Source: Gordius albopunctatus
Taxonomy: Eukaryota
NCBI GenBank assembly: GCA_964276515.1
Contig: OZ193909.1
Location: 6,510,001-6,574,000, forward strand
Direction of reading: 5' to 3'
Length of the DNA: 64,000 nt
In this document: positions 1-12,045 of the stretch, in pieces
How the letters are laid out: every line of letters begins with the position of its first letter
How positions within the stretch are numbered: the stretch's first letter is position 1
Program-made: the position numbers and the translations under genes
The notes under the pieces: model-generated
What the model was told of the DNA's origin: nothing
Database searches by the model: none
Seen by the model: the letters and a program-made list of their open reading frames with translations, nothing else

Positions 1-151
1 CCAGGCTTTTATAAGTGTCTCAAAATCTTTTATGCAACTAAACTAAAATATTTTAACCCATTTAATCTCATTATTAATCAAAAAAAAATTTTCAAATTTT
101 GGTCAAGAGGGTTGAAAAGTCCCGCTTTCCGTCCCTCTGGCTGCGCGCCTG
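1..151 (+). mobile_element. 3' end of a non-autonomous hAT element, same family as 8089-9486
   Basis: 1-151 closely matches 9337-9486 and ends in the TIR ctggctgcgcgcctg. Confidence 0.85.
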
Positions 152-592
152 TGTGACTTGCATTTGTAAATCTCTATATAAGTTACGCGGTCAAATAAAT
201 AGACCCAGGCTCTAACCATTTTAAACCTTCTTATATATTAAATTCGTAACAATTTGGATTAGAATTGTAATACTTTTACGACCAAATTGTAATAAAAACA
301 CGTTACTCATTCAGGGTAACCAAAAAACAGCGCATTTGCGCATTTTTTAACGAGTTTTTAGTTTTAAATTAAAGCATAACACCCCCTCGGTTGCTAAAAA
401 TTAAAAAAAATTTTAGTAAAAGCTGGGTCGTTTTTTGGTTTTACTCGACTAAATAAAACAAAAAAATTTCCAAGCTTAATAACGGTAGCCTGTAACTTCG
501 AATATCCTTTATTTTAAGAAGCCAGTTATAAACCAATAAATATTTTCACCTTTAAATAAATCACTTTTAAAAACAATCTTAATTATAATTAC

Positions 593-2672
593 CGCTCGTA
601 TTGTTTCCAGTTAAACCTAGCAGGTTATATTCGTTTGACAGGTCAACTTGATCATTAAGGAATTCATCCACAGAATTTTGAGCCAGGGGGTCGCCATTAA
701 TAGAAGTGTGGTCGGTTGTATCGAAATCAAAGTTGCAAGTATTTGGGGAAGCGCTAAAAGTGCGCGCTGAAAACCGGCGCTCGTCCCTGCGCAAGAGCGC
801 CAAATCTAAGTAGTCGGCACTATAAGTGGCGTCGCGATGCTCCTTCATTTTCTTTGAACAGAGCGTCCGCTTATCAGTCCGGAGCCGAGAAGCGGAGAAA
901 TCTAAAAAAATATTATTCGCAATGTGATAATTTATAAGAGGTAATAAATAACATTGTAAAACCATTGCTACAATCATGGGCCTAGCCAGGATTGGAACGA
1001 GAGGAGGGGCAATTATGATTTAGGGAAGGGAGGGGGGGGGGGCAAAATGACAAGTTTTACAAAATTAAGCCACAATTATATGAAATTTTCAAGATGGGTT
1101 TAGAGGGGGTGGCAACGCCCGTGGCTTTAAGTTTATGCCATGGGCGCCCACTAAAATTTGTCGATAGTGATTATATATATAGCTTGAGATAGAGGTATAC
1201 CGTGAACGGAAATTTCGTTGGTATGACCGTTGCTGTTGGTGGGGCGAGAATTCGCCCAAGCCCGACCCGAATAATGAGCAGGACAAGGGAGTTGTGGTTC
1301 TCTGACCACGACGGATCGAGGTTTACACAATTTGCAACGAACGTTTATAGTAACGGGACTCACCGGTCTCCAGTTTATTAATTCCTCGGGGTCAATACTT
1401 ACTTTCAAGGCAGCGACGCAACCTGTTAGATTGAGGGGGGAAGGGGTAGAAGGACTATCCAGGCCCGAATCCTCAGAATCCAGGGCAGAATTGCTAGCCA
1501 TCGGGCTCACCAGCTTTCTCACCTAAGGCAATGGAGTGAATCTATTATATAACACCTTGGGCCCCGACTCAATATTGGTTTAAAAAATTTTAAAGCGGCA
1601 AATTTTTTTGTATAATAACACAAACGTCCGCGACAGATTTTAACTCTACCCAACCATATAGAAATTTTGTTTTTTCCCCATACTAGAAACTTATTAATAA
1701 ACCCGAGCCCACTTATGCTTTATTCTTGAAACCCACCCGATACAAACTTTTTAATTCATACTTGTCAAAACCATACTAAATGATTTCGCAGAACTCTTAT
1801 AGATGAAATTATTAAAATGCTAAAATGAAATAGGGCAGAACTAATATATGTTAAATTAATCGACCATAGGTGTGTGTGTACTTTTTAAAATTTTTATTAG
1901 TATAGTAAAAAAAAGCTTGGGGTTTTTAAACTGCTTAACTGCTCGTAAAAAAAGTAGCCTTCAAAGAGCCATTCAATTGTTTTTCACGAAAAATGCTTCT
2001 AAAATATTATGGAACTAAATATACCTTTTTATATTGTCTAAAAAACTTCCTATATCATAACCATGGAGGTATCAGTTGAACCTAAAAAAATTACCCAATG
2101 CAAAATTGCATCCACCTACTTTATTAACTTTGAAATTCGATTCAAAAAGGCATATTTCGTCTGTGCTATTTAAAGTAATATTGATTGGATTATGTATTCA
2201 ACTTAAACTATTCTTCTGTCATCATAGGGATGGATAGCCGGATTTGATTGATAAAGAGGCAAAAAGTTTAGCAGCGATTTTGGGATAGCCAAAACGATGG
2301 CATTCAAAAACCTTTTAAATATCGTTAAAGATAAAAGAATTTTGCGTTTAAGATCAACAAAACTATTCTCCCTTAAATTACCCATTTGAAGGAGCAATGA
2401 ACGACGCTCGCGGGGCAACGTGGTAGGTGGGAAGGTATTTTGCGCCTAGCCAGAACTTTTTCACAGCCGTAATGCCGATTCAGACATGGTACAAGGGCTT
2501 CGGAACAAGTGAATTCTTCGTGTTCGGCAGATTTGCAAGCGTGAAACGAGGCCGGGCAGCCAGGTTTATAAGGGCAATCCACAATCGGACAGGCGAGTTG
2601 CAATTTGCTTTTACATCGGCCCGGCTTAATGCACGTTAAGCAATGGGCGTGATCGCCTTCCGCGGTAGACAT
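593..2672 (-). CDS. FBXO30/FBXO40-like F-box protein, 5' exons only (gene continues left of the window)
   Basis: Exon 2672-2382 encodes a TRAF-type Zn finger (HAHCLTC..CP..GC..FHACK..EHE...C..VPCLN..YGC..HLPRCPASVVHC) and ends at a GT donor. Exon 901-593 has LDLALLRRDER, resembling the LDxALALxDQ motif of this family. Candidate middle exon 1522-1201 has AG/GT ends and compatible phases (0 and 1). Further exons may be missed. Confidence 0.75.
976..1150. mobile_element. degenerate CATGGGCGTAGCC-family MITE in the F-box gene intron
   Basis: Starts catgggcctagccagg with the G-run internal sequence of other family members; right TIR is decayed. Confidence 0.6.
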
Positions 2673-3400
2673 TGGGGTGTTTGGAAGAATGGGAGAAGTG
2701 GGGTATTATAGGACCCCAGAGCAATCCTTCGCGTCGTTAGGCATTGTACGGGTTATTTTACATTTGAAGGTTGAAACTTGAATTTGTTTGCGGTCGGGCA
2801 GAACGAGCTATGAGTTTGGAAGAATTATTATGAGTTATTCAAATTAATTATGGCGAAAAATAATAACAAGCACGCTGATAAAATAAGTTTGAAATGAACG
2901 TGTGAAGCGAAAAAAAGCGAAACGAATTTTGTTTAGGGAAAATGTAAAAAATTATAATTTTTTGATTGGCAAAATTATCTAATACATAGATTTCTCAAGA
3001 TGTTACTTTTTCTAATATTTTATCAAACCCGACAATAGTAATTGTGAAGAAAGTTTAAGTGCAGTTAGCTTATTTAATTAATTTACTTCAAAAAATAATG
3101 GCGCTGATAAGTGGGTCAGATGAAACTCACTCGATCCAGAATAATTCTAAAAATTAAATGCTAAAGGAGAGTAAAATTGGGGATATATTTATGATTTATA
3201 ACGAAGGGCTGCCGTGTAGTAGGGTACAAGGGCGCACACACACTATTTATCATTTTTCAGCGTCGCTTGGTGACACAGTAGTGACATGTTACTACATGTT
3301 ACTGCGTGTTATAAGAAGAACTAATGTTAATGAAACATCCAGCTGTGCTCAAGGCGTCACATCTTACCCATAAATGACTCCTTAACGATGACCCTTAGAG

Positions 3401-3573
3401 CATGGGCGTAGCCAAGGGAGGGGGGCAGAGAGGGGCGGCTGCCCCCTTCTAAATCCAGAATTTCGTTGAAATTTATTAAGATAATGGCTAAAGGTTTCAA
3501 AAAATGATCATTTTGGCCCTCCCTAAATCATTATTGCCCCCCCCCTTTAATTGAAATGCTGGCTACGCCCATG
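3401..3573. mobile_element. hAT-type MITE (CATGGGCGTAGCC TIR family)
   Basis: TIRs catgggcgtagcca / tggctacgcccatg; cttagag flanks both sides. Confidence 0.9.
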
Positions 3574-5713
3574 CTTAGAGAGAATTATTTTTTGGATATC
3601 AAAACACAGGTGTAGGCAATTAGTCGCTGGCCGTCAAATTAATTGATAACTTAGTCGCGATGGGGTGCTAAAAGGGAAACGTCAACGATAGTCCCCCAGA
3701 GGAATAATAAAAATAGCATAAAACTGCTTAATTTTAAAGAGATAACACAAGAGTAAAAGACTAAATAGAGCATAATTAATGGAGTTGCTCTAAGTATGAG
3801 AAGAGAATACTTTTAAGTCATGAGATCTTGCTGGAAGCGGGGCGACCTTGTCTCTTTAGAGGCTTGCTCGGTGATTCCTCCTAGCTTACAGCAGCTAATG
3901 TTTTAATGCGGGGAAGATAATTCAAATCGAACCAATGTTTAAAAATGAATAACCCCTTTTTAAGATGCCACCGCTTGATATTATAATAGCTTAAAATGCC
4001 TAGAATTAATTATGGTTATTGAATTAAATATTTTTTGAAGCAATCGTTTAATACAATTAATTTTCGCTATAAGAACATCCCATCCATTATTAATTAAAAA
4101 ATAAATTTAATTTTATGGAAACAGTTATTTATCCGTAAACCACTGTTTATAATAAATTTAAATAGGTAAATTTAGTAGCACGGAAATTTACATCAAACTA
4201 GGTCGGGAAAAAATTTAATCTGTAAAACATGTCTATAAGGGGCACGAACACGGGATGTAAAGACAGCTATGTGGGTCTCTCTCTATGATAAATACCGTCC
4301 AAAATGGAGCGCAATGACCCTTTGCCAACCCCTAAGCCAAATAAGTATTATTGATTTTTAACTTATTCTATTCCATTATATTTTGCAGTATTAATATTAC
4401 CCATAAGATCGACAATTATAAAAAAGTATATATGGGTGTTGATTAAAATGAATTAATTATTATTAGACCTTATAAGCTCTTCACAGACGTTTTAAATTTT
4501 TATAGAGCGACGCGACGACTCTAAATGGAAGCGGAATATCTCATCAGTATTTCATGTTCAACGTTGATTTGTTAAGCTTACCTCATTATAATTATTTAAA
4601 GTTATCTAATTCATCAATTTAGAAAACAGAACGGGGTATTACTTTAAAAAATTCACAAATTTAAAATTTGACCAATTTATCGTCTGCTCTAGTATATAGT
4701 CTGCGGAATAATGTTTCATTAATTTTATCAATCACATTCCTAAACAGCATGTTTAGTCTTGTAACTTGTAAGTATTATTATAACATAATCTTGATTTTAT
4801 GATATTTAATGCGCCAAGTGGCCAAAATTTTAATCTTGTCATCTCAAAGTTGAGACAACTTCACATATGTTTATGTTTTATAGAGCAAGTGTAGTGAGCT
4901 ACAGTATTAAAATATATATGTGTAGTTTTATTCGTCATTTATGTTAAAACTTTGAGAGTTGCAGCAAGTGCTTTTATCGCTGAGCGGATATCGGACGAGT
5001 ATGGGAAAAGAAAGATAGGGGGAAATATGGTAGTAAAAGCAAATGTCATTAGTTTAGAGATACCGTCAACGATATTACATTAGTGATAAATAAATTATCA
5101 ATAATTTCGCTATATGGAAATATGGAGGGTTGTTGATGACCCGATAATTTCAAGGGCAATCTAAGAGCAATTTGGTTATTAAATCAATTTGGGAAAGATA
5201 GAGGCGCGTGTGCGCACCCCAAAAATCGGGTGCCAAAATTATGAGGTGTAGAAGAAGGGTAGAGAGGCCTTGAAAATAAGTTAGTTATTTCATCGAAATT
5301 GGAGGAGAAAATGAAGTGAGAATGCTAAAATCGAAGTTCAATGCCAATTTATGACAAATGTCACATTTCTCTGATATATCCTGGATAAAACCTTATTTTA
5401 TTAATAATATCGACACTTTTATTAAGTTAAATATGATAAGTTTTTTCGGCTGTTATATATATGTTCTAATATGAATTTATGATCATAAAAATATTAAATT
5501 TTAAAAATGAACATGATAAAAATATAATAGTAACCGAAGTTTATTAAGAAACAACTAAAATTCAGTTTGACTTTTGGTTTTAGATAAAAAAAATTCAAAA
5601 ATTTGTATTATAAATTTCAGTAGAACATAATAAATTAATTGTTTAAATAAATTTTGGCATAAACATATTTAATAAAGGTGCAATTGCCAATGCAGCAATT
5701 AGGAAATATAATT

Positions 5714-5791
5714 AAAGCTCTTTCAACAAATGTAACAAGAAAGCTTTTTCAACAAATGTAACAAGAAAGCTCTCTCAACAAATGTAACAAG
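5714..5791. repeat. 26-bp minisatellite, 3 copies
   Basis: aaagctctttcaacaaatgtaacaag three times with single substitutions and no spacers. Confidence 0.9.
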
Positions 5792-6648
5792 TATATTAAA
5801 AGTAGAAAACTTTTGTGTTTAAATGCTTACAATAATAAGTATATTAATTAAATATAAAATCAAAATTAATTACCTTTTTAATTACACATATAATAATTAG
5901 TTAAATGAAATGGGAATATCTTTAATTTTAATAAAAAAATATTTCATTTCAAGTCTTGAATTTAGGTCAAATGTTTACAAAAAATACAAATATACTTCTT
6001 TAAATAATTATTTGTCCTTGACGATTCTCATATTGTCAGAATTATGAAACACTGTTACTTCTTAAATTCATCTTATTGAACCATTAATATTAAAACATTG
6101 ATGACAAATTAAGAAATCTCAGCCAAAACCAAAAAGCTATTTAAAAAAATAAAGCCTATATAAAAATAATAATTTCGATATTTTAAAATTTTTAGAAGCA
6201 ATTAAATATTATATTAGAACTCACCTTAATTTGAAATTAGGGCAAATTGTTGTTCCATATGATGGATTGATGGTAAAATGCAGCTGTTGTTTTAAAAACA
6301 TAGTGCCCTATCAACTCGCCGAAAACAATCATGCAGAATTCACCCTGGGACATTAACGAACATCTCCCCATTATCATAAATAAGGCCCTAAATTGAGTAC
6401 CTTTTATAATAATTCTTATTTTTATTACAAAAAATATACCTAAATTTAAACTTTAATCCGAAATTGAATGATTAATATGCTTATTTGTTGGGGGACATTT
6501 TCAACATTGGGACATTCAATTAGGCAGGGCCACCGAAAATATCAAGTCCTAAATTTTTCCATTGCAAATTTCCCGCCAAAATTTGTAAGCAGAAATTTAT
6601 AAATATGTATAATTTAATCTATATAAACTAAACCCTAGACGTAGAGAG

Positions 6649-6809
6649 CATGGGCGTAGCCAGGATTGAATTTAAAGGAAGGCTGGTTTAGGGAAAGGAA
6701 AATGGATAATTTTTAGTATTTTTGTCAAAATTATATTAAAATTTGGAGAATTTTATGATTTAGAGGAAGGCAGACTCCTCTCCCTGCCACCTCTTGACTA
6801 CCCCTGTGC
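6649..6809. mobile_element. CATGGGCGTAGCC-family MITE, diverged
   Basis: catgggcgtagccagg ... ttgactacccctgtg (degenerate right TIR). Confidence 0.7.
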
Positions 6810-8088
6810 TAGACCGTAAATTCTTGTTCATTCTACCTAAATTAATCTATATCCTTTCCTCTATATCCACCTTAAAAGTAATGTATGAGGCCAATTGTGG
6901 ATGAGCTGGATGATATTAAAGAACACTACATTCTTAAGAGCTTGCTAAAGGTCGTTCCATTTAAGAGTTATTTTATGAATATATTTTAATTTCAAAAAAA
7001 ATCAATTCATAATATACGCTTGCGAAAAGTAATTAGTTTAAGGTTCATACCTAGAAAAATTATTAAGGTCAGTGTTAAAGATTGATAATGTAAAGGAGAC
7101 CATGCATTTTAATGCAAATTAAGCTAGGTATTTGTCTGTTTCCCCATATGAATGTGTTTGTATATTAATGTCCTATTACACTTTACTTATATTCCCTCGC
7201 AAGATAGACTTTTCTTTCCTCTTCTCAACAATCAGGTTTAGATTTTAATTAAATAACTATATAAATTTCTTTTCGAAGTTTGTTTCAATTTATAGCTGAT
7301 AGTATGATTTTTGAAAAAAATATATTTACTAGACATAAAGAACATCTTAATACTTAGTAAAATTAGACATGATTTTGTTTTTTTAATAAGTAAGCTGTGA
7401 CCGACTAGCTTAAGTGTATTATAGCTTTTTAATTATATTCACATGGGTTATAAATGGATTTGGTGAGATCGGAATATTAGTTGATTGTTTATTAAGTGAT
7501 ATAAAATCGGGAGGGTTGTGGTGTAAAGCTTTATTTATATTTAATAATTTTAGATAAAAGAAATCTAGTTTGATGCTACGAATGACAAAAATTATGTTAG
7601 TTAATGATAGCCGATGCAAATGTCATATTTACCAGGATAATGATTAAAATGAGATAATGGCCAAATTACAATACTTAGAGTTACTAATGAAGAGATATTT
7701 TTTACGGATAAAAATATGAATGTTCTAGATCAGGGGTAGGCAACGCGGCGCCCCCGATCGATTTTTAATGCGCCATCGCTGGACTAATGTAAATGTATCA
7801 TATGAGCGTATCTAATAACACGCACGTATTTTTTGTTAGTGTGTGATCGTATTTCGAATAGACCACGCGTAGACCGTGCATTAAAAACTAAAGAGTAATC
7901 CGAAATAATTCTTTTATTTCAAAACCCTTCATGGATAAATGTAAAAGAAAAAGAACATATTATTTTAACGATGAATGGGAACATCTATATTGTTTCGTTG
8001 ATTACAAAGGGAAGTGTATTCGTTTGTTGTGTAATAATAGTGTTGCGATTCCCAAGAAAAGTAATATCGAACGACATTTTAAGACCGT

Positions 8089-9486
8089 CAGGCGCGTAGC
8101 CAGGATTTTCTCAAGGGGCCAGAAAAATTCAAAAAAATTTTCGACACTTTTATTTTTAATATAACAAAAATAAACTTCGCGTACAATATATGCGAAACTT
8201 CAAGGCGTTATATAACCAGCTTTGGAAAAATCTTTTCTTCATTAATCAGAGCATTTACTATCGCTTTTATACCTTAAAAATGACATCGACCTTATGCATT
8301 TATTCAACTGGCAGAAAATATTATCATTTAGGTTAAATTAAAAAATGGCTTAAACCAAAGCAAAATTATACATTCACTCAATCTGTTTACTTGACATTTT
8401 TTGGATTACAGCTAAATAGACGGTGTTTAGAAAAAAAAACAAGTTTTAGCTAATTTCCAAATACTCTTTATACAAAATTCAATTTTATCTGAAACAGAAA
8501 GGAATTCCCTAGCCCAATTTTATTCAAATGAATCAATTCAAACTGAAGGTACATCGCGATGTCCATGTTATGGGTCTATAAAATGATGTTTATTTTTCTT
8601 TTACCCTGCGATATTTTATCAAGAATCTCATCTGAAATGGGAGCTAATTCCCGATAAATTGTTAACAAAGCTAATCCATTTAATTGATTTGTGGCCATAA
8701 TATTTCTTAAATACGTTTTCAACCTTCTGAGCGTCGAACAACTTCGCTCGTTAGGGCATATAGTTATAGGGAGACAAGCCAGTATGTATAAAAGTGTGTT
8801 AACGTTTGGTAATGAATTTAATATAGTCTTAAATGTAGAGAGTGCGTTCAGGGCATTTTTGGGATGAGATGCCTCTGGGATTTGGGACATTAACTCTAAA
8901 AATAAACTAAAAAAGATAAAATTTTACATATACATATACCAGTTGACTTTAGAATAGTTGAGGCATTTTCATCAATATTATTGTTTAAAACAATAGGTGT
9001 GAGTGTTTCAATTGAATCTTCATCATTGGACAAATTTAAATCCTCTAGAAATTTTTAAAATTGGCAATGTAATCACAATATTTATAACAATTAATATATA
9101 TAAGAAATCAATACTATATAGACATAAAATAAAAGCCTAAGTCACTTACTGGAAATACCAGGGTTTGGTATTTTAAAGAAGAAAATTTTTTGTATAGAAT
9201 TCTTTATAATTTACAACTCTTCGCGGCAATCATACGTACATACATACATACAATTTACAATCAATGGTGGAAAATTATAATGTTGGGGTGCAAGTCGAAA
9301 ATTAAATTCTAAAAATTGAATGTATATATTATGTTTCCAGACTTTTATAAGTGTCTCAAAATCTTTTATGCAACTAAACTGTAATATTTTAACCCATTTA
9401 ATCTAATTAATTAAACAAAAAAATTGTCAAATTTTGGTCAAGGGGCCAGAAACGTCCCACTTTCTGGCCCCTTGGCTACGCGCCTG
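8089..9486 (-). mobile_element. non-autonomous hAT element nested in the transposase
   Basis: TIRs caggcgcgtagcca / tggctacgcgcctg; perfect TSD aagaccgt (8081-8088, 9487-9494); minus ORF 8576-8890 is a hAT C-terminal dimerization remnant (LPIT..NERSCSTLRRLKTYLRN..LNGLALL). Confidence 0.92.
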
Positions 9487-10713
9487 AAGACCGTTCATAC
9501 AAATTTCGATAGTGACTATCCAATTAACTCTGAAATTAGAATAAAAAAATATTTCTTTAAAATCTTCAAGAACTAACCAGCAAAGTTTTTTTTACTAAAC
9601 CACTGCAACAACATAAAGCAGCAACGATCGCGTCATATAAAATAATATTGCATTTGCTAGCTAAGAATAAAAAACCATTTACAGATGGAGAATTAGTGAA
9701 AGAAGCCATGTTAGAAGCTGCTGATTCACTTTTTGAAGAATTTAAAAATAAAATGGAAATAGTTTCAGCTATAAACACGTTGCAATTATCAGCACGAACT
9801 GTTACTAGAAGAATTAAAGTAATTGGGGAGAATTCGGAGGCAGAATTAGCAAATGATATGGAAAATTGTATTTTATTTTCGCTACAGATGGATGAATCGA
9901 CAGACGTAACAAATATATCACAATTAGTAATTTGCGTGGAGATGGTATTTTCTGATTTTACGACAAAAGAAGAATTCCTTAAAGTTCTGCCATTAAAGGG
10001 AAGCACCAGAGGAGAAGATATCTTTTCTACCTTTAAAAAGTATATAACAGAAGTAAAATTACCTGTACAAAAGTTATCGTCAATTTCAACAGACGGGGCA
10101 CCAGCGATGACTGGTAAGAAAAAAGGATTAATTGCCTTATGTAGACAGGATTCCTTATTCCCGAAATTTATTTCTTATCATTGCCTCATACATCAGGATA
10201 TGTTATGCGCAAAAACAATCGGGTTTCAACACGTATTTACGATAGTAACAAAAATTATTAATTCCATAAGATCGGGAGCTATGCAACACAGATTGTTTAA
10301 ATTACTTTTAGAAGATGAGGACGTTCAGTTAACAGATCTTCTTTTACATACTGAAGTGAGGTGGCTGAGCAGAGGTAAAATACATGAGCGGTTTATCATG
10401 CTTTTGTCACAAATACAAAGAATTTATTGCATCAAGAGGCGAATTTTACGAGCAATTAGAAAATAAGGATTGGCCAATCGACCTCGGATTTTTGACAGAT
10501 ATAACGGCAAAGTTGAATGAATTAAAATTAAAAATACAAGGGAAAAATCAGCATATCGCTGACATGATTATTTCAGTAAATGCATTCAAATGCAAGTTAG
10601 TGTTGAAATCCCATCTATTGAAAAATCATTATCACATTTCCCAAATATAAAATATACTGTTGAGACTTTAAATTTGAATAATGAAAATTTTACTGCTACA
10701 TCATATTTAGAAA

Positions 10714-12045
10714 ATATATCACGAAAATAACAATTGTAAATAGAGTGTTCATAGTGAAACCGCAGACGATTATTTTCGCCCGCGGCAAAAAGCGAACGAA
10801 AATAAGAAACTTGGGCCTTCGGCCCTCGTGGGAAGGGGAAGGGGAAGGGGAGGAGGGGAAGGGAAGTAGGGAGAGAGGGGCAGGAGGGAAGGGGGAACGA
10901 CTCATCTATATTCCGTATAAATGTAGCATATTTGCTATGCAATTTATGGGCGAGATTGCTTATGGGGTGGGGGGTAGTAAATGCAAAATAATTAGTTAAT
11001 TATTAATACAAATTTTACATTGAATTTAAAAAAATTGGCCTCCCCGGGTATCGAACCCACTTTCAAGCGGTTTTAGTGCTAAACACGACGAAAAGCGTGA
11101 CAATACATTCGGTGCGTGACAAGACATCGGAAAATGGAAAGTGAGCCCATAATTTGCATAGCAATTAATAATATCAGAATTAAACATAATATTTTCGGAA
11201 ATTAATTATAATTTTTATAGGTCCTTAGAAGGTTTCATGGGCGTAGCCAGCATTTGAATAAAAGTCATATTATCAATGGTATTAACAAGGACAATATATT
11301 AATTAAAAAAAAAATTTGGCCTCTCCGGGTATCGAACCAGCAATTAAAAGGGATTCGAACCCAGATCAGTAGAAAAGAGGCATACTTTTTTGTAGGAGGG
11401 GGGGGCACAGGGCCCCATATCAGTAGAGGCATAGGCCCTTCTAGGGGAGGGCATAGGGTAATTATCAATGTTAGTCAAAAAAAATGGAAAAAAAATACTC
11501 GCTTCACACTTTGGCCAATGGTCATTTTTTCCCATTGGTCAGCAGCCAGCGGACGGCCAAAAAGTCATATTATCAATGGTATTAACAAGAACAAAATTCT
11601 AATTAAAAAAAATAAAAATCTTGCCCTCTCCGGGTATCGAACCAGCAATTCACAACGTTCGCCGGGATTCGAACCCACTTTAATAGAGGCATAATCCTTT
11701 GTAGGGGCACAGACCACAGGGACCTATATCAGTAGAGACATAGGCCCTTGTAGTGGAGGGCATAGGGTAATTATCAATGTTAACCAATTCAAAAACGAAA
11801 AAAAAAATTCGAATCACAATTTGGCCAATGGTCATTTTTTTCATTGGTCAGTAGCCAGCGGAAGGTCAAAAAGTCATATTATCCATGGTATTAAGAACAA
11901 AATATAAATTTAATTTTAAAAAAAATAAAAAAAATTTTGTCCTCTCCGGGGATTGAACTCAACCCTACAAGTCAGAAAACCAGTGTAAATACATTGGAGG
12001 GTAACGGACAACAAAAAACGAGCCCATAAATTGCATAGCAATTAA
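10714..12045 (-). mobile_element. Helentron/DINE-1-like non-autonomous element (HINE) with internal repeats
   Basis: On minus it starts TTAATTGCTATGCAATTTATGGGCTC; inverted subterminal copy near 10931-10950; 3' hairpin gggccttcggccc near 10813; inserted at an AA/TT site, and the transposase frame (SYLE..IDKLIEEFYSRFEDF) resumes across it. Confidence 0.75.

Noticed and set aside
2706..2744. 12-codon uORF (MPNDAKDCSGVL*) upstream of the F-box start
   Set aside because: Transcript start unknown, so it cannot be shown to lie in the 5' UTR.
5714..5791. 26-bp direct repeats resembling a CRISPR array
   Set aside because: No spacers, eukaryotic context and no cas genes; it is a minisatellite.
6225..6390. 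TNF-like peptide GLIYDNGEMFVNVPG/HYVF on the minus strand
   Set aside because: Splice phases do not join the two pieces in frame and stops intervene.
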